Assembly: GCA_048498035.1 (NCBI GenBank)
Contig: JBEHYT010000005.1
Location: forward strand, 107,919-171,918
Source: Bacteroidota bacterium
Lineage (GTDB): Bacteria > Bacteroidota > Bacteroidia > Chitinophagales > Chitinophagaceae
Length of the DNA: 64,000 nt
Reading direction: 5' to 3'
Positions 36,159 through 45,430 of this stretch are shown in pieces. The notes beneath the pieces were generated by a model. That model worked only from the letters and a program-made list of their open reading frames with translations, ran no database searches and was not told the DNA's origin. A program made the translations under genes and the position numbers. Every line of letters begins with the position of its first letter. The stretch's first letter is position 1.

Positions 36159-37363
36159 TGGTTTATGTTTTTATCTTTTAATAATACTTTGTAACCGGCT
36201 TTCACCAGTACTTTAACGAGTTTCACTTTTTTGGATAGTAAGCTTTTGGCAGCACCAATCCCCGCCACAGTAGCCTGGGCTTTGAGGGAAGGATCAACGG
36301 AAGACATTTCCATTAGTGATAGACTGTTATCGGCAGATTGTTTTGCAACGTCACGGTTAATTGCACCAGGGATGTATATACCGGGTAACCCATCCATATC
36401 GTACACTTCCAGTTTAACGGGGTATAAATTATTATTACATCTGATTGAATTGATTTCGATTTCTAATCTTTCATTATTCAGTGTTGCAATACCAAAAACA
36501 AAATTATCTTTAGGGATTAGTGACCCATTGATGTATATAGCGGAAGACAACCTGAATTTAACCACTGCCCCGTTAACTAATACCTGGCTTTCGTGGACAA
36601 CGGCCTCAATGGCATTTTGATCAATGACTTCGGTTTCATCCGAAAGGCTATAGAAGCCTTTGACAATTGTATCACTACCGGATCGTTTGCTTACTGGATA
36701 AACAGCTTCCTTGTTTAAAAGCGAATATTCTTTGATTCTGTCTTTAACCCTTTGGGGATGCTGTATATCAAGGATTTTATCCAAAGTCCCTTCCAGTTGC
36801 TTCATTTCCGGATCCTCGATAGAACCGCTGTTGTTAACTTTGAGCATTTGTTCAAGCCTGTCTACTTCAGAAGAGAATTCTTGCGTGGAGGAAGAGTTTT
36901 GCTGACCCGGATTCTCATTGTTAGTCGCTGTAGCATTATTCATTTCTTTTTCCAGCAACTTCAGTTTCTGCATAATCTTTTCTTCCGGGTTAGCACTAGC
37001 TTTTTCATACGGCGAAGTATTCAATCGTTGATTGTACTTCGAAGCAGTTGCAGTTGTCAGTTCCTGTAGTTCATCAGGAGCAATCTGTTCAGGCATAGTA
37101 TCTTTTTTAAAATAAGGGTCGCTTCGCATCCACTCTTCCATTTTGAGTGAATCCTTATCAGCTTTATCATAAAATCCCAGCTTGTCCATCCCTTTGTCAT
37201 CCTTTAAATTAGCATCAGGTAAATCCAGGTTGAGACCTTTTAAATTAACACCGGATTCTGCTTTCTTGTGTCCACCACCCAATGCCCAAAAGGCCATTGT
37301 TAAAAAGGGTATTACTAATAAGGGTAACACCAGTAACATTTTTCGTTGCTTCACTTTTTTCAT
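36155..37363 (-). CDS. traM: Conjugative transposon protein TraM
   Basis: 402 aa with an N-terminal TM segment (KMLLVLPLLVIPFLTMAFWALGGG), a low-complexity linker and a conserved C-terminal domain. Synteny is traK-L-M-N. Confidence 0.85.
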   Translation of the reverse strand: MKKVKQRKMLLVLPLLVIPFLTMAFWALGGGHKKAESGVNLKGLNLDLPDANLKDDKGMDKLGFYDKADKDSLKMEEWMRSDPYFKKDTMPEQIAPDELQELTTATASKYNQRLNTSPYEKASANPEEKIMQKLKLLEKEMNNATATNNENPGQQNSSSTQEFSSEVDRLEQMLKVNNSGSIEDPEMKQLEGTLDKILDIQHPQRVKDRIKEYSLLNKEAVYPVSKRSGSDTIVKGFYSLSDETEVIDQNAIEAVVHESQVLVNGAVVKFRLSSAIYINGSLIPKDNFVFGIATLNNERLEIEINSIRCNNNLYPVKLEVYDMDGLPGIYIPGAINRDVAKQSADNSLSLMEMSSVDPSLKAQATVAGIGAAKSLLSKKVKLVKVLVKAGYKVLLKDKNINQ

Positions 37364-37369
37364 ACACTT

Positions 37370-37810
37370 CTATTTTTGTTGTTGTAAATAAATTTCTTCT
37401 AGGATTTTGATGCTGTCTAGCAGGGAAGGCCTTATTGGCTCTCCCAGGCTGTCCATATACCTTTTATATTCCTGTATGTTCTGGTACATTTCATCCGGCA
37501 CCGGATTCTCCAGTATTTCATCCCCTGACTTGTCAAAATGTTCCGGTACATGAACATTGTCAATTTTAAATACTGGCTTTGGATTCGCGACAAGGGCATT
37601 TACAAAGAAGTAAACACTTAATCCACCGCTTACTATGCAGAATACTGCCAGCCACACTTTTACTTTCTTCGTAGTCATAGTTGATACAATTTTATTCATA
37701 CCATCGCTGAACTTTGTTTGTACTTTGATAAGTCCACCGGCAATTTTGCCAGCTACTTTATCCTGTAACGGAGTTTCTTTTGGTTCTTTCTTTTTGCGTT
37801 TCCAAAACAT
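37370..37810 (-). CDS. traL: Small membrane protein at the TraL position
   Basis: 146 aa with a basic N-terminus and one TM segment, located between traK and traM as in CTn tra operons. Confidence 0.6.
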   Translation of the reverse strand: MFWKRKKKEPKETPLQDKVAGKIAGGLIKVQTKFSDGMNKIVSTMTTKKVKVWLAVFCIVSGGLSVYFFVNALVANPKPVFKIDNVHVPEHFDKSGDEILENPVPDEMYQNIQEYKRYMDSLGEPIRPSLLDSIKILEEIYLQQQK

Positions 37811-38430
37811 TATTGCCGGTTTTCAATTTTTAAATCTTTATTCTCCAGTGTCTTCCATCGTTCAATCAAAAACCCGTGTGCATTATTATCAGAGCGGGAA
37901 ACATTCCTTAAGTATCCTTCAGTAACTAAACTGCGGGTAACAATGGTGGTGGGTCTGATGATTTTCTGTTGTCCCTTGTAGCGGAAATAATAGGGATATT
38001 CATTCGTATTAATAATAATACTGTCTGACTGCATTTCCTGGCTGATATTGCCGGAGATTAAATTGGTATAATAGCCATTCTCTTTCAGGTTATCATATTG
38101 CTGTTTTGCCGTACCGTCTGCCAGATATAGCGCCTTGGTGATATTAGATTGAATCACTTTATCATCCGGGTCCATTGTAAAGAAAAAGTGATGGAACATT
38201 TTTACATGGTCACGGGCTTCCACCGGTACATTATCCTTCCTGTCAGCGGAGTATGCTTCCAGGGCTTTCCCATTGGCCAATATGAAAATCTTTTGCTGGG
38301 ATTGTGTAGCAAGCTGGTAGCTTTTATAGGAAATAAACAATGTCAGGATTAAACATGCCAGTATCACGGCCAAAGAGAATAGTCTTACTTGTTTGAAAGC
38401 GGTATCAATATTTTTCATTTTCTGAAACAT
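37810..38430 (-). CDS. traK: Conjugative transposon protein TraK
   Basis: 206 aa with an N-terminal TM segment and DHVKMFHHFFFTMDPD...ALYLADGTAKQQY, typical of TraK (VirB8-like position). Confidence 0.85.
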   Translation of the reverse strand: MFQKMKNIDTAFKQVRLFSLAVILACLILTLFISYKSYQLATQSQQKIFILANGKALEAYSADRKDNVPVEARDHVKMFHHFFFTMDPDDKVIQSNITKALYLADGTAKQQYDNLKENGYYTNLISGNISQEMQSDSIIINTNEYPYYFRYKGQQKIIRPTTIVTRSLVTEGYLRNVSRSDNNAHGFLIERWKTLENKDLKIENRQ

Positions 38431-38433
38431 GGG

Positions 38434-39594
38434 CTAAATGTTTTTCTTTCCTTCAATTTTATCTTTGAAGTAACCTCCCGAAGCTGAAGCATCAGCCATA
38501 CTATTAGCTACTTTATTGTATGCCCCACCTAACGCATCCTTTGTCATAGATACTGACCCGCTGGTAGTATTGCGGACAGACATACTTGTAATGCTGGTAA
38601 CTTTTTGCAATAATGCATTACCACCCCCAGCGTTGATAATATAGTTAGCAACACTCGGTACAGTGAAATAGCCGATGATGCCGATCACCATGAAGATCAA
38701 ATAGGCTGTATCAGTAGTAGAGAAGAAAGTATCGCCGTTTGTAGCGATTTGATGCAGGTCTTCTTTGAGCATATTCTCCTGGATCTTTCCCATGATCCCG
38801 CCAAAGATATTAGCGACCGGGAGCCAGAGAAATATGTTCAGATAGCGGGCAATCCATACCGTGAGTGTATGCTGGAATCCATCGAAGACAGCGATTCCAA
38901 ATACCAATGGCCCAAGTATTGCGAGAACAATTAAATAAAACGTTCGGATTGTATCAATACATAAGGCCGCAGCCTCAAACAATACTTTTAGTACTTCTGA
39001 CATCCACTGTTTGATGGAGTTGCGGAGATTATAACCAAACTTCGCAAAAGCAAAACGTATATCATGACCAATACTTTTTAGCCAGCCCTCTCTTTTGTCA
39101 CCATAATTATATTTATACCATTTCTTGCGGTCACCATTCCCATCCTCACCAACATACATCTGCCAGTATGCGGTGGTTTTGATCGCATCTTCTTTCATCT
39201 TCAGTAATTGCGCCACCGCTGCATCTGAATCCTTAACCATCTGTGCTGTACCTGTAACAGTTGGCTTCATCAGTTGATTGATAAGTTGAATAACTGAAGG
39301 GAAAATTATTATGGCAAACCCGAGTACAAAAGGACGGAACAACGGGTAAAAATCTATCGCTTCGGCTCTGGCAATATGTCCCCATACTTTAGCAGCGATA
39401 TACCAGGTAGCAGCAAAACCAGCGATACCACGGCCAACTCCAATAAGCCGGCTGCATAGGGGCATCATGTCATCGTACAATGTTTCCAAAACTTCATGCA
39501 GGCTGCGGATGCGGTTAACAATTTGTGCATCCGAAACTCCGGGCATTAGAAGGCATACCAGTCCTATTAAAAATATCCTTACACACATTTTCAT
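38434..39594 (-). CDS. traJ: Conjugative transposon protein TraJ
   Basis: 386-aa polytopic membrane protein with the conserved N-terminus LHEVLETLYDDMMPLCSRLIGVGRGIAGFAATWYIA, at the VirB6-like position. Confidence 0.88.
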   Translation of the reverse strand: MKMCVRIFLIGLVCLLMPGVSDAQIVNRIRSLHEVLETLYDDMMPLCSRLIGVGRGIAGFAATWYIAAKVWGHIARAEAIDFYPLFRPFVLGFAIIIFPSVIQLINQLMKPTVTGTAQMVKDSDAAVAQLLKMKEDAIKTTAYWQMYVGEDGNGDRKKWYKYNYGDKREGWLKSIGHDIRFAFAKFGYNLRNSIKQWMSEVLKVLFEAAALCIDTIRTFYLIVLAILGPLVFGIAVFDGFQHTLTVWIARYLNIFLWLPVANIFGGIMGKIQENMLKEDLHQIATNGDTFFSTTDTAYLIFMVIGIIGYFTVPSVANYIINAGGGNALLQKVTSITSMSVRNTTSGSVSMTKDALGGAYNKVANSMADASASGGYFKDKIEGKKNI

Positions 39595-39624
39595 ACTTCA
39601 CAATTTTATATTCATCAATCACTC

Positions 39625-40242
39625 TTACTTCAACCCATGGACCTTTCTCATCAGGTCAATATCCATTTGATCTTTCTCCCGTTGCACGGCAAGTATTGCC
39701 GCACTGTTATTAAACTCATTTAAAAAGGAATACTGATCTACAATCTCATCATATAATTTATCAATAGCCTGTAACCTTTCATCATCACTCATTCTCAACT
39801 TACCGGCAGTTATGATCATTGCGAGATCATCAATATTCTTAACACTCTGAGCAAATAAGTTTGCGTAGACCTTTCCGAAGTACTCAATTTCAGTCACCGT
39901 AAACCGCTTACTTTCCTTGAATTGCCGGAAAGCGGATTTATATTCTTTGACAATCCTTACCTGGTAATTAATAATATCAACCACCCGTTTATACTTCTTC
40001 ACTACCGGGCTCACTTCCATAAGTCCATCCAAAAATGTTTTGTGTAAACTGAAATTGCCTTCCGAAATATCTTTGATGGCAGTATACCCTTTATGCAACA
40101 ACTGGTAGCCATCCTTCATGTTCTTGAGAATAGTTTTAAACTGCGTCAGTTTTTCAACATTCAAAAGCAGTTGCTTTGCTTCATCACTTTGACAAATTCC
40201 AATTTTGCTAACGAGCAAAAAAAATATTAATAATCTTTTCAT
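39625..40242 (-). CDS. traI: TraI-like (DUF4141-type) periplasmic protein, paralogue 3
   Basis: Signal peptide, all-helical, ends ...MRKVHGLK. It is clearly paralogous to the two upstream ORFs (shared F.LH..F, .DII.YQ.R, FT..E..Y and MSDDERL motifs). Confidence 0.65.
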   Translation of the reverse strand: MKRLLIFFLLVSKIGICQSDEAKQLLLNVEKLTQFKTILKNMKDGYQLLHKGYTAIKDISEGNFSLHKTFLDGLMEVSPVVKKYKRVVDIINYQVRIVKEYKSAFRQFKESKRFTVTEIEYFGKVYANLFAQSVKNIDDLAMIITAGKLRMSDDERLQAIDKLYDEIVDQYSFLNEFNNSAAILAVQREKDQMDIDLMRKVHGLK

Positions 40243-40874
40243 TGTAGTCCGTTTAATTTTTTAGAAAGATACACATCATGCAATTCTCTCATTCTTTGAA
40301 CAGTCAGTAGTCCCATTTCCTCGCTGAAAGAAGAAACAAACGAATACTTGTCCTGCATATCGGCATACAAGGCATCAATTCGTTTGATCCGCTCATCATC
40401 TTTCATGGATAGTTCACCACTCGTAATAATGTTTATCAGTTCCTCTATGTTATCCAGTGATGAATTGAGTAAATTGCCAATCACCATCGAGCAATAATCC
40501 AGTTCGGTAGCAGTAAACTGGCCAGCTTCTATGGCACCCTTAAGCATATCTTTTGATTGTTTGATCATCCGGAGCTGGTAGCCAATAATGTCTGCCACCT
40601 TTGCATAACCTTTTACTCTTGGATTGACATTCCTGAAAGACGAAATAAAATCACGGTGTAAATTGAAATCGCCTTTCTTGAGATTTTGGACGGTTGTTAG
40701 GCCTTTGTTGGCAATTTTATATCCGGTCTTTGCATATCCGATGTATACCTGGAGGGCTGCAATCTGTTGCTTCAGGTATTTCTCCTGTGTTTTCTTTTGG
40801 TTCAGCCATTCTTCGCTGTTCTGACCAAAAGTGCTTTGACTGTATAACAGTAGCATGTATAATAATATTTTCAT
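40239..40874 (-). CDS. traI: TraI-like (DUF4141-type) periplasmic protein, paralogue 2
   Basis: Same architecture as paralogue 3. ATGA start/stop overlaps on both sides. Confidence 0.65.
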   Translation of the reverse strand: MKILLYMLLLYSQSTFGQNSEEWLNQKKTQEKYLKQQIAALQVYIGYAKTGYKIANKGLTTVQNLKKGDFNLHRDFISSFRNVNPRVKGYAKVADIIGYQLRMIKQSKDMLKGAIEAGQFTATELDYCSMVIGNLLNSSLDNIEELINIITSGELSMKDDERIKRIDALYADMQDKYSFVSSFSEEMGLLTVQRMRELHDVYLSKKLNGLQ

Positions 40875-41527
40875 AGTCCGTACAATTTTTTTACATAATC
40901 AATTTCACCTTTCTCCACCGAACGCTGGATGGAAATGATTTTATTCTGGTTATTGAAATCCTTCAAATCCATAAAACCCTGTTCGATATTGTCAGCCGCA
41001 GTATTAATAATTTCAAGGCGCTTTGCATCACTCATTTGTGTGGCAAAGGCATTGACCACGAGGAACAACTGGTCAAGAGATTTCAAACTTTCATCCATCA
41101 TGCCAGTATAGACCGTAAACATGTATTCAAGCTCTTCTGCTGTAAAGTTCTTATCCTGGCGGAAAACTGCCCAGGCGGATTTATATTCATTCACCATCGC
41201 CACCTGATTTTCAATAATATCTTTGACCCTGTGATAATAAGCGAGGGCAGATTTAATTTTCCAGAGTTCCTGGAAATAGTCGTCATAGAGTTTCCGTTGT
41301 TTTTCAACCCAGTTGCTGATCTCCGTCAACTTTGTTTTGGACATTGCGTTCTCCAGCGTTTTTTGAGCATTCTGCAGCCAGACCGTTTTATTTTGTAGTC
41401 GTTGGATTTTAAGATCAACAGCAACAATCACTTTTTTAATACCGGCTTTGATAATTTCAAGTATGGGAATTTGTGCATTACTATTCACGCTTATCAGTAA
41501 AGCCAGCGCAACAATTATTTGTTTCAT
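40871..41527 (-). CDS. traI: TraI-like (DUF4141-type) periplasmic protein, paralogue 1
   Basis: Same architecture, ending ...VKKLYGL, which resembles the canonical TraI C-terminus. Confidence 0.65.
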   Translation of the reverse strand: MKQIIVALALLISVNSNAQIPILEIIKAGIKKVIVAVDLKIQRLQNKTVWLQNAQKTLENAMSKTKLTEISNWVEKQRKLYDDYFQELWKIKSALAYYHRVKDIIENQVAMVNEYKSAWAVFRQDKNFTAEELEYMFTVYTGMMDESLKSLDQLFLVVNAFATQMSDAKRLEIINTAADNIEQGFMDLKDFNNQNKIISIQRSVEKGEIDYVKKLYGL

Positions 41528-41892
41528 AGTTTTTGATATTTAATAGTTCCTATGAATAAGCAACTTTGTTTAGGATTAAATGTCAGCAGGTCTCCTGATT
41601 CCATATCTTCTAACACTCTATCATCCGGGTAATAAATTCCTGCCGTGTTAATTAACTGGTAGTTGGGCATTTCACCCGTCCTTTCATATCTCCATCGGCG
41701 GGTAATTGTATATTCGTTCGCAGTTGCATTCAGCATAGAGATAGCCAGGGTGTCATATTCTTTACCAAATTCATGCGAGGAAAAACGAATATAGGTGCCG
41801 GGAATAAATTCCTGGATCATCACAGGTCTCGCATCCCGGCAACCGTATATTACCGCAACCAAACAGAGATGTATAATAAAAAACCACTTCAT
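41524..41892 (-). CDS. Small lipoprotein at the TraH position
   Basis: 122 aa with the lipobox VIYGC, located between traG and the traI paralogues. TraH/DUF3876 identity is not verified. Confidence 0.5.
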   Translation of the reverse strand: MKWFFIIHLCLVAVIYGCRDARPVMIQEFIPGTYIRFSSHEFGKEYDTLAISMLNATANEYTITRRWRYERTGEMPNYQLINTAGIYYPDDRVLEDMESGDLLTFNPKQSCLFIGTIKYQKL

Positions 41893-42614
41893 CAGTTAAC
41901 CGTTAATTCGCATCCGTTACAAGGGCCATCACAGTAATAAATTTTGAATGACTGCCCTGCGGTTTTATCCGTTGTTATTCCCAGCGTTTTTAAAGTGCAG
42001 GCTTTGGTGCCTTCACAATCGCAACTGGCTTTACCAGGAAGCTGGAAAAAATAGCTAACTCCATAAATCCTTTGTTGGGCGTATTTATCTGTAGTATTAG
42101 CATATTGATTTGCGATTTCCATTTGTAAGGATGGGTTAGCAAAGAATGTTTCCTTTTCTTCGCTCAGGTTTATCACCCTGTTTACACTATAACCTTTGTA
42201 AGTAAATGCACCTGTGCAGCTTCCTGAACAATTGCTGTGCATACATCCGAACCCTAATTCATCGATGAACGTCACCTGGCAGGCACCGCCGCCACTGCAA
42301 ATACAATGGTAAGTAGCAAATCCAATGGGAAGGGGACGGGAGGCAAAGCCATCCAGTGCAAATGAATAGTCCTTTGGTAATTCAACCCGTATTTCCGAAT
42401 TATCGGTAGCAAGACAAATTTTAGTTCCTGCTGGCAAGAAGATGCCAGTTTCACCAACCTTCACCGGCTTGACGGCAATGAATTCCTTACTACACTCAGC
42501 AGGTAATACTGTTTTATCAGCACTCACATTTTTTTCAGTAGCCTGTGGCTCTTTCTTATTACAGGCCACGAACAATACAATTGCACACAAAGCACTCATC
42601 ACGGTTGTTTTCAT
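41892..42614 (-). CDS. Cysteine-rich lipoprotein (unknown function)
   Basis: Leader MKTTVMSALCAIVLFVACNKK (start moved to 42614). The mature part carries clustered Cys motifs: CICSGGGACQVTF...GCMHSNCSGSCTG, CDCEGTKAC and YYCDGPCNGC. Confidence 0.65.
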   Translation of the reverse strand: MKTTVMSALCAIVLFVACNKKEPQATEKNVSADKTVLPAECSKEFIAVKPVKVGETGIFLPAGTKICLATDNSEIRVELPKDYSFALDGFASRPLPIGFATYHCICSGGGACQVTFIDELGFGCMHSNCSGSCTGAFTYKGYSVNRVINLSEEKETFFANPSLQMEIANQYANTTDKYAQQRIYGVSYFFQLPGKASCDCEGTKACTLKTLGITTDKTAGQSFKIYYCDGPCNGCELTVN

Positions 42615-42642
42615 AATTGTTGTTTTATTGGTTAAGAATAAA

Positions 42643-45108
42643 TTACTTGTTTCTGATTTCATTCGCCATTGCTGCGATTCCTTTCTGCATGTCGCCATCA
42701 AACGAGGCAGCATACTGCATCAACTTTACTTTCTCCGTTTCTTCGGTCGTATAAGCAAGATATTCTTCCAGTGATACTTCCGTCCGGTACACTTTAGATA
42801 GCATTCCTCCAAGAGATATAAAAACCTCTTTGTACTTCTTAGTTGGATCGTTTGCTTTGTTGATAGAAAGTACCAGTGCCTTTTCTTTTTCTGTTAGCCC
42901 AAGCAGTTCCTGTATCTGATCAAACTTGTTTTGATACTTTGATTGATCGAGTAATATTTTACAATCAGAATTATTAATGATTGCCTGTTTAACAACAGGA
43001 GAAGAAATAATATCTTCCACTTCCTGAGTTACAACGATTGCTTCACCAAAGAACTTCCTGACAGTTTTGAACAGGTATTTGATATACTCTGCCATCCCTT
43101 CTTTCGCAATGGCTTTCCAGGCTTCTTCAATTAAAATCATTTTGCGGATTCCTTTTAGTTTACGCATCTTGGAAATAAATACTTCCATGATAATGATGGT
43201 AACAACAGGAAATAGAATAGGATGATCTTTAATATTGTCCAGTTCAAAAACAATGAACCTTTCCTGGAGCATCTCTAAGTCTTTGGTGGCATTTAACAGG
43301 TAGTCAAACTCTCCACCCTTATAATAAGGACGGAGTACATATAGGAAGTTCGACACATCAAAATCTTTTTCTTTTACCTTATCGCCTAATAACACCTTAA
43401 CAAAATCCTCTTGCAGAAACTCGTAGAACGTATCAAAACAGGCAAACAGTGAAGGGTCATTTTCCAACTTTTCATAATAGAGTTGCAAGGCATTGGATAA
43501 AGCCACATACTCAGACCGGTTAAAAGTTTCATTGTCTTTTTTCCAGAGGGCAAGCAACAGTGTCTTGATACTTTCCTTCTTTTCAGTATCCAGAACATCA
43601 CCCTGGCCAATGTAAAAGGGGTTAAAGCGGATTGGGTTCTTTTCATCATAAGTGAAATAATAACCATTGACCATTTGGCAAAGCCCTTTATAACTATGGC
43701 CTACATCAACTAAAACAATATGTGTTCCCTGTTCGTAATACGAACGTACCATGTGATTGGTAAAAAATGATTTGCCACTTCCCGAGGGACCGAGAATGAA
43801 TTTATTGCGGTTGGTGACGATGCCTTTCTGCATTGGTTCATCGGATATATCCACATGAACCGGTTTACCGGAAAGGCGATCTCCCAACCGTATGCCGACA
43901 GGCGATATGGAAGAGCGGTAATTAGTTTCTAAATTCAAAAAGCAACAAGCCTGTTCTGCAAACGTGTCAAAACTATCATTCATAGGAAAGTCCGCTTCAT
44001 TACCTGGTATGCCCGCCCAGAAGATTTGCGGAGCGCCTGAAAGCTCCTGCTTCGGAACAGCATCCATCTGGGACAGGGCTGATGATACCATGTTCCTTGT
44101 TTCCTTTAGCCCATCCTTGTTATCTGTCCATACCAGTACATTGAAGTGAGCTTTCACGGGTAGGCGTTGCTGAGCAATCGCTTCATTTAAAAATTCATTA
44201 GTGGCATCACGGCTGATGGTATTCTCTCTTGAATAGGCACTGAGTGATTGTAAACGCAGACGCTTACTTTCCAGTTTTTGTATAGCCTTCTGCTGATCCT
44301 CAATAAAAATGTATTGATTGAAAATATGGTTACAGGGAAGCAGTTGTCCCAGCGGAGAAGCAAAGCCGACACTGAATTTTGTTTTATCTGTTGAATATTT
44401 ATCGTAATTAATTCTTGAGCCGCAGTAGGCGGGCAGGTCAGCTGCATCTGACAGCGTAAATAACTGACAATGATTATTGCCAACCTGTATTCCATCATTA
44501 AAACTGATGTCATGTAGAAGAAATGAATGTTCATTGGGTTGAAGATTCATATAGCGTTCAACCAAACCGCAGTATTGGCCGTTACCGGTGAGTTCTTCAT
44601 TAGTCAGTCTTTTCAATTGTAGAAAGCCACTGTCTTTTAAAATTCTTTCAAATTGCCCGGAAGAATCTAAAAAGTCCTGCAATAGCTGTGACTTTAATGT
44701 TTCATCAGGAACAATGGAACGGCGCAATAGATTTGAGAACAGGGAACTCCCTGACTTTCTTCCCGCAGGTTTCTTTGTCAGCATAATATAGCACTGGTGT
44801 TCCAGGTAGGGACGTTCATTAAAGAAACGTTCACTGCTTCTTGATAAAAAGCTTTTATCATCCTTCGTAAAATCTGCAGCATATTTATTTTCCGTGAACC
44901 AGTCCTGTTTATGAAAAATAGTATGGCGGGGTAGTATCTTAATAGCTTTAATTAGTGCCTGGTGAAGGGCTTCATATTCCTGATCGGATAAGGTAAATAG
45001 TTCGGGCAGTGTAACTTCATAAGCAATAGTTACATCTCCCTGCTTGGAAAGGATGCAATCATGCTCTACGCCGAAAATGGGCAATATATCTTTTAATTCT
45101 TTTTGCAT
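42643..45108 (-). CDS. traG: Conjugative transposon ATPase TraG (VirB4-like)
   Basis: N-terminus MQKELKDILPIFGVEHDCILSKQGDVTIAYEVTLPELFT is typical of TraG. Walker A is GPSGSGKSF and Walker B is MILIEEAWK. The start is moved to the ATG at 45108; the upstream ORF extension overlaps traF. Confidence 0.92.
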   Translation of the reverse strand: MQKELKDILPIFGVEHDCILSKQGDVTIAYEVTLPELFTLSDQEYEALHQALIKAIKILPRHTIFHKQDWFTENKYAADFTKDDKSFLSRSSERFFNERPYLEHQCYIMLTKKPAGRKSGSSLFSNLLRRSIVPDETLKSQLLQDFLDSSGQFERILKDSGFLQLKRLTNEELTGNGQYCGLVERYMNLQPNEHSFLLHDISFNDGIQVGNNHCQLFTLSDAADLPAYCGSRINYDKYSTDKTKFSVGFASPLGQLLPCNHIFNQYIFIEDQQKAIQKLESKRLRLQSLSAYSRENTISRDATNEFLNEAIAQQRLPVKAHFNVLVWTDNKDGLKETRNMVSSALSQMDAVPKQELSGAPQIFWAGIPGNEADFPMNDSFDTFAEQACCFLNLETNYRSSISPVGIRLGDRLSGKPVHVDISDEPMQKGIVTNRNKFILGPSGSGKSFFTNHMVRSYYEQGTHIVLVDVGHSYKGLCQMVNGYYFTYDEKNPIRFNPFYIGQGDVLDTEKKESIKTLLLALWKKDNETFNRSEYVALSNALQLYYEKLENDPSLFACFDTFYEFLQEDFVKVLLGDKVKEKDFDVSNFLYVLRPYYKGGEFDYLLNATKDLEMLQERFIVFELDNIKDHPILFPVVTIIIMEVFISKMRKLKGIRKMILIEEAWKAIAKEGMAEYIKYLFKTVRKFFGEAIVVTQEVEDIISSPVVKQAIINNSDCKILLDQSKYQNKFDQIQELLGLTEKEKALVLSINKANDPTKKYKEVFISLGGMLSKVYRTEVSLEEYLAYTTEETEKVKLMQYAASFDGDMQKGIAAMANEIRNK

Positions 45109-45419
45109 AACCCGGTAAATACGTTTCTTGAATAACTTTTTACAACTGTTGGGATACTTCGTTTCGCCAAACTTTTCATCATGCCGTGTTCCCCATATTT
45201 TCGGCTTAGTTTGTAGACGTGCATAAATAAGGCGGTGCCACTGCCAGCAATTATCGCAAGACAAATAAAAGTGTTGATGCCACAGATATAGAGTACGGCA
45301 AAAATGATAAGTAGTGCTAACAGTCCGCCACCAAGCCACCATATGTATTGTGCTTTGAGCCCCTTAAATTCTATAGGCTTATTGATTCCCTTGTTGATTG
45401 TATACACACTTGTTGCCAT
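45093..45419 (-). CDS. traF: Conjugative transposon protein TraF (DUF4133-type)
   Basis: 108 aa. YTINKGINKPIEFKGLKAQYIWWLGGG followed by TM segments is the characteristic TraF signature. Confidence 0.85.
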   Translation of the reverse strand: MATSVYTINKGINKPIEFKGLKAQYIWWLGGGLLALLIIFAVLYICGINTFICLAIIAGSGTALFMHVYKLSRKYGEHGMMKSLAKRSIPTVVKSYSRNVFTGLCKKN

Positions 45420-45430
45420 AACTTCCTTAT

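Noticed and set aside
45109-45342. N-terminal 78-aa extension of the traG track ORF
   Set aside because: The extension overlaps traF in another frame and is Trp/Cys/His-rich nonsense. The conserved TraG N-terminus begins at the Met at 45108.
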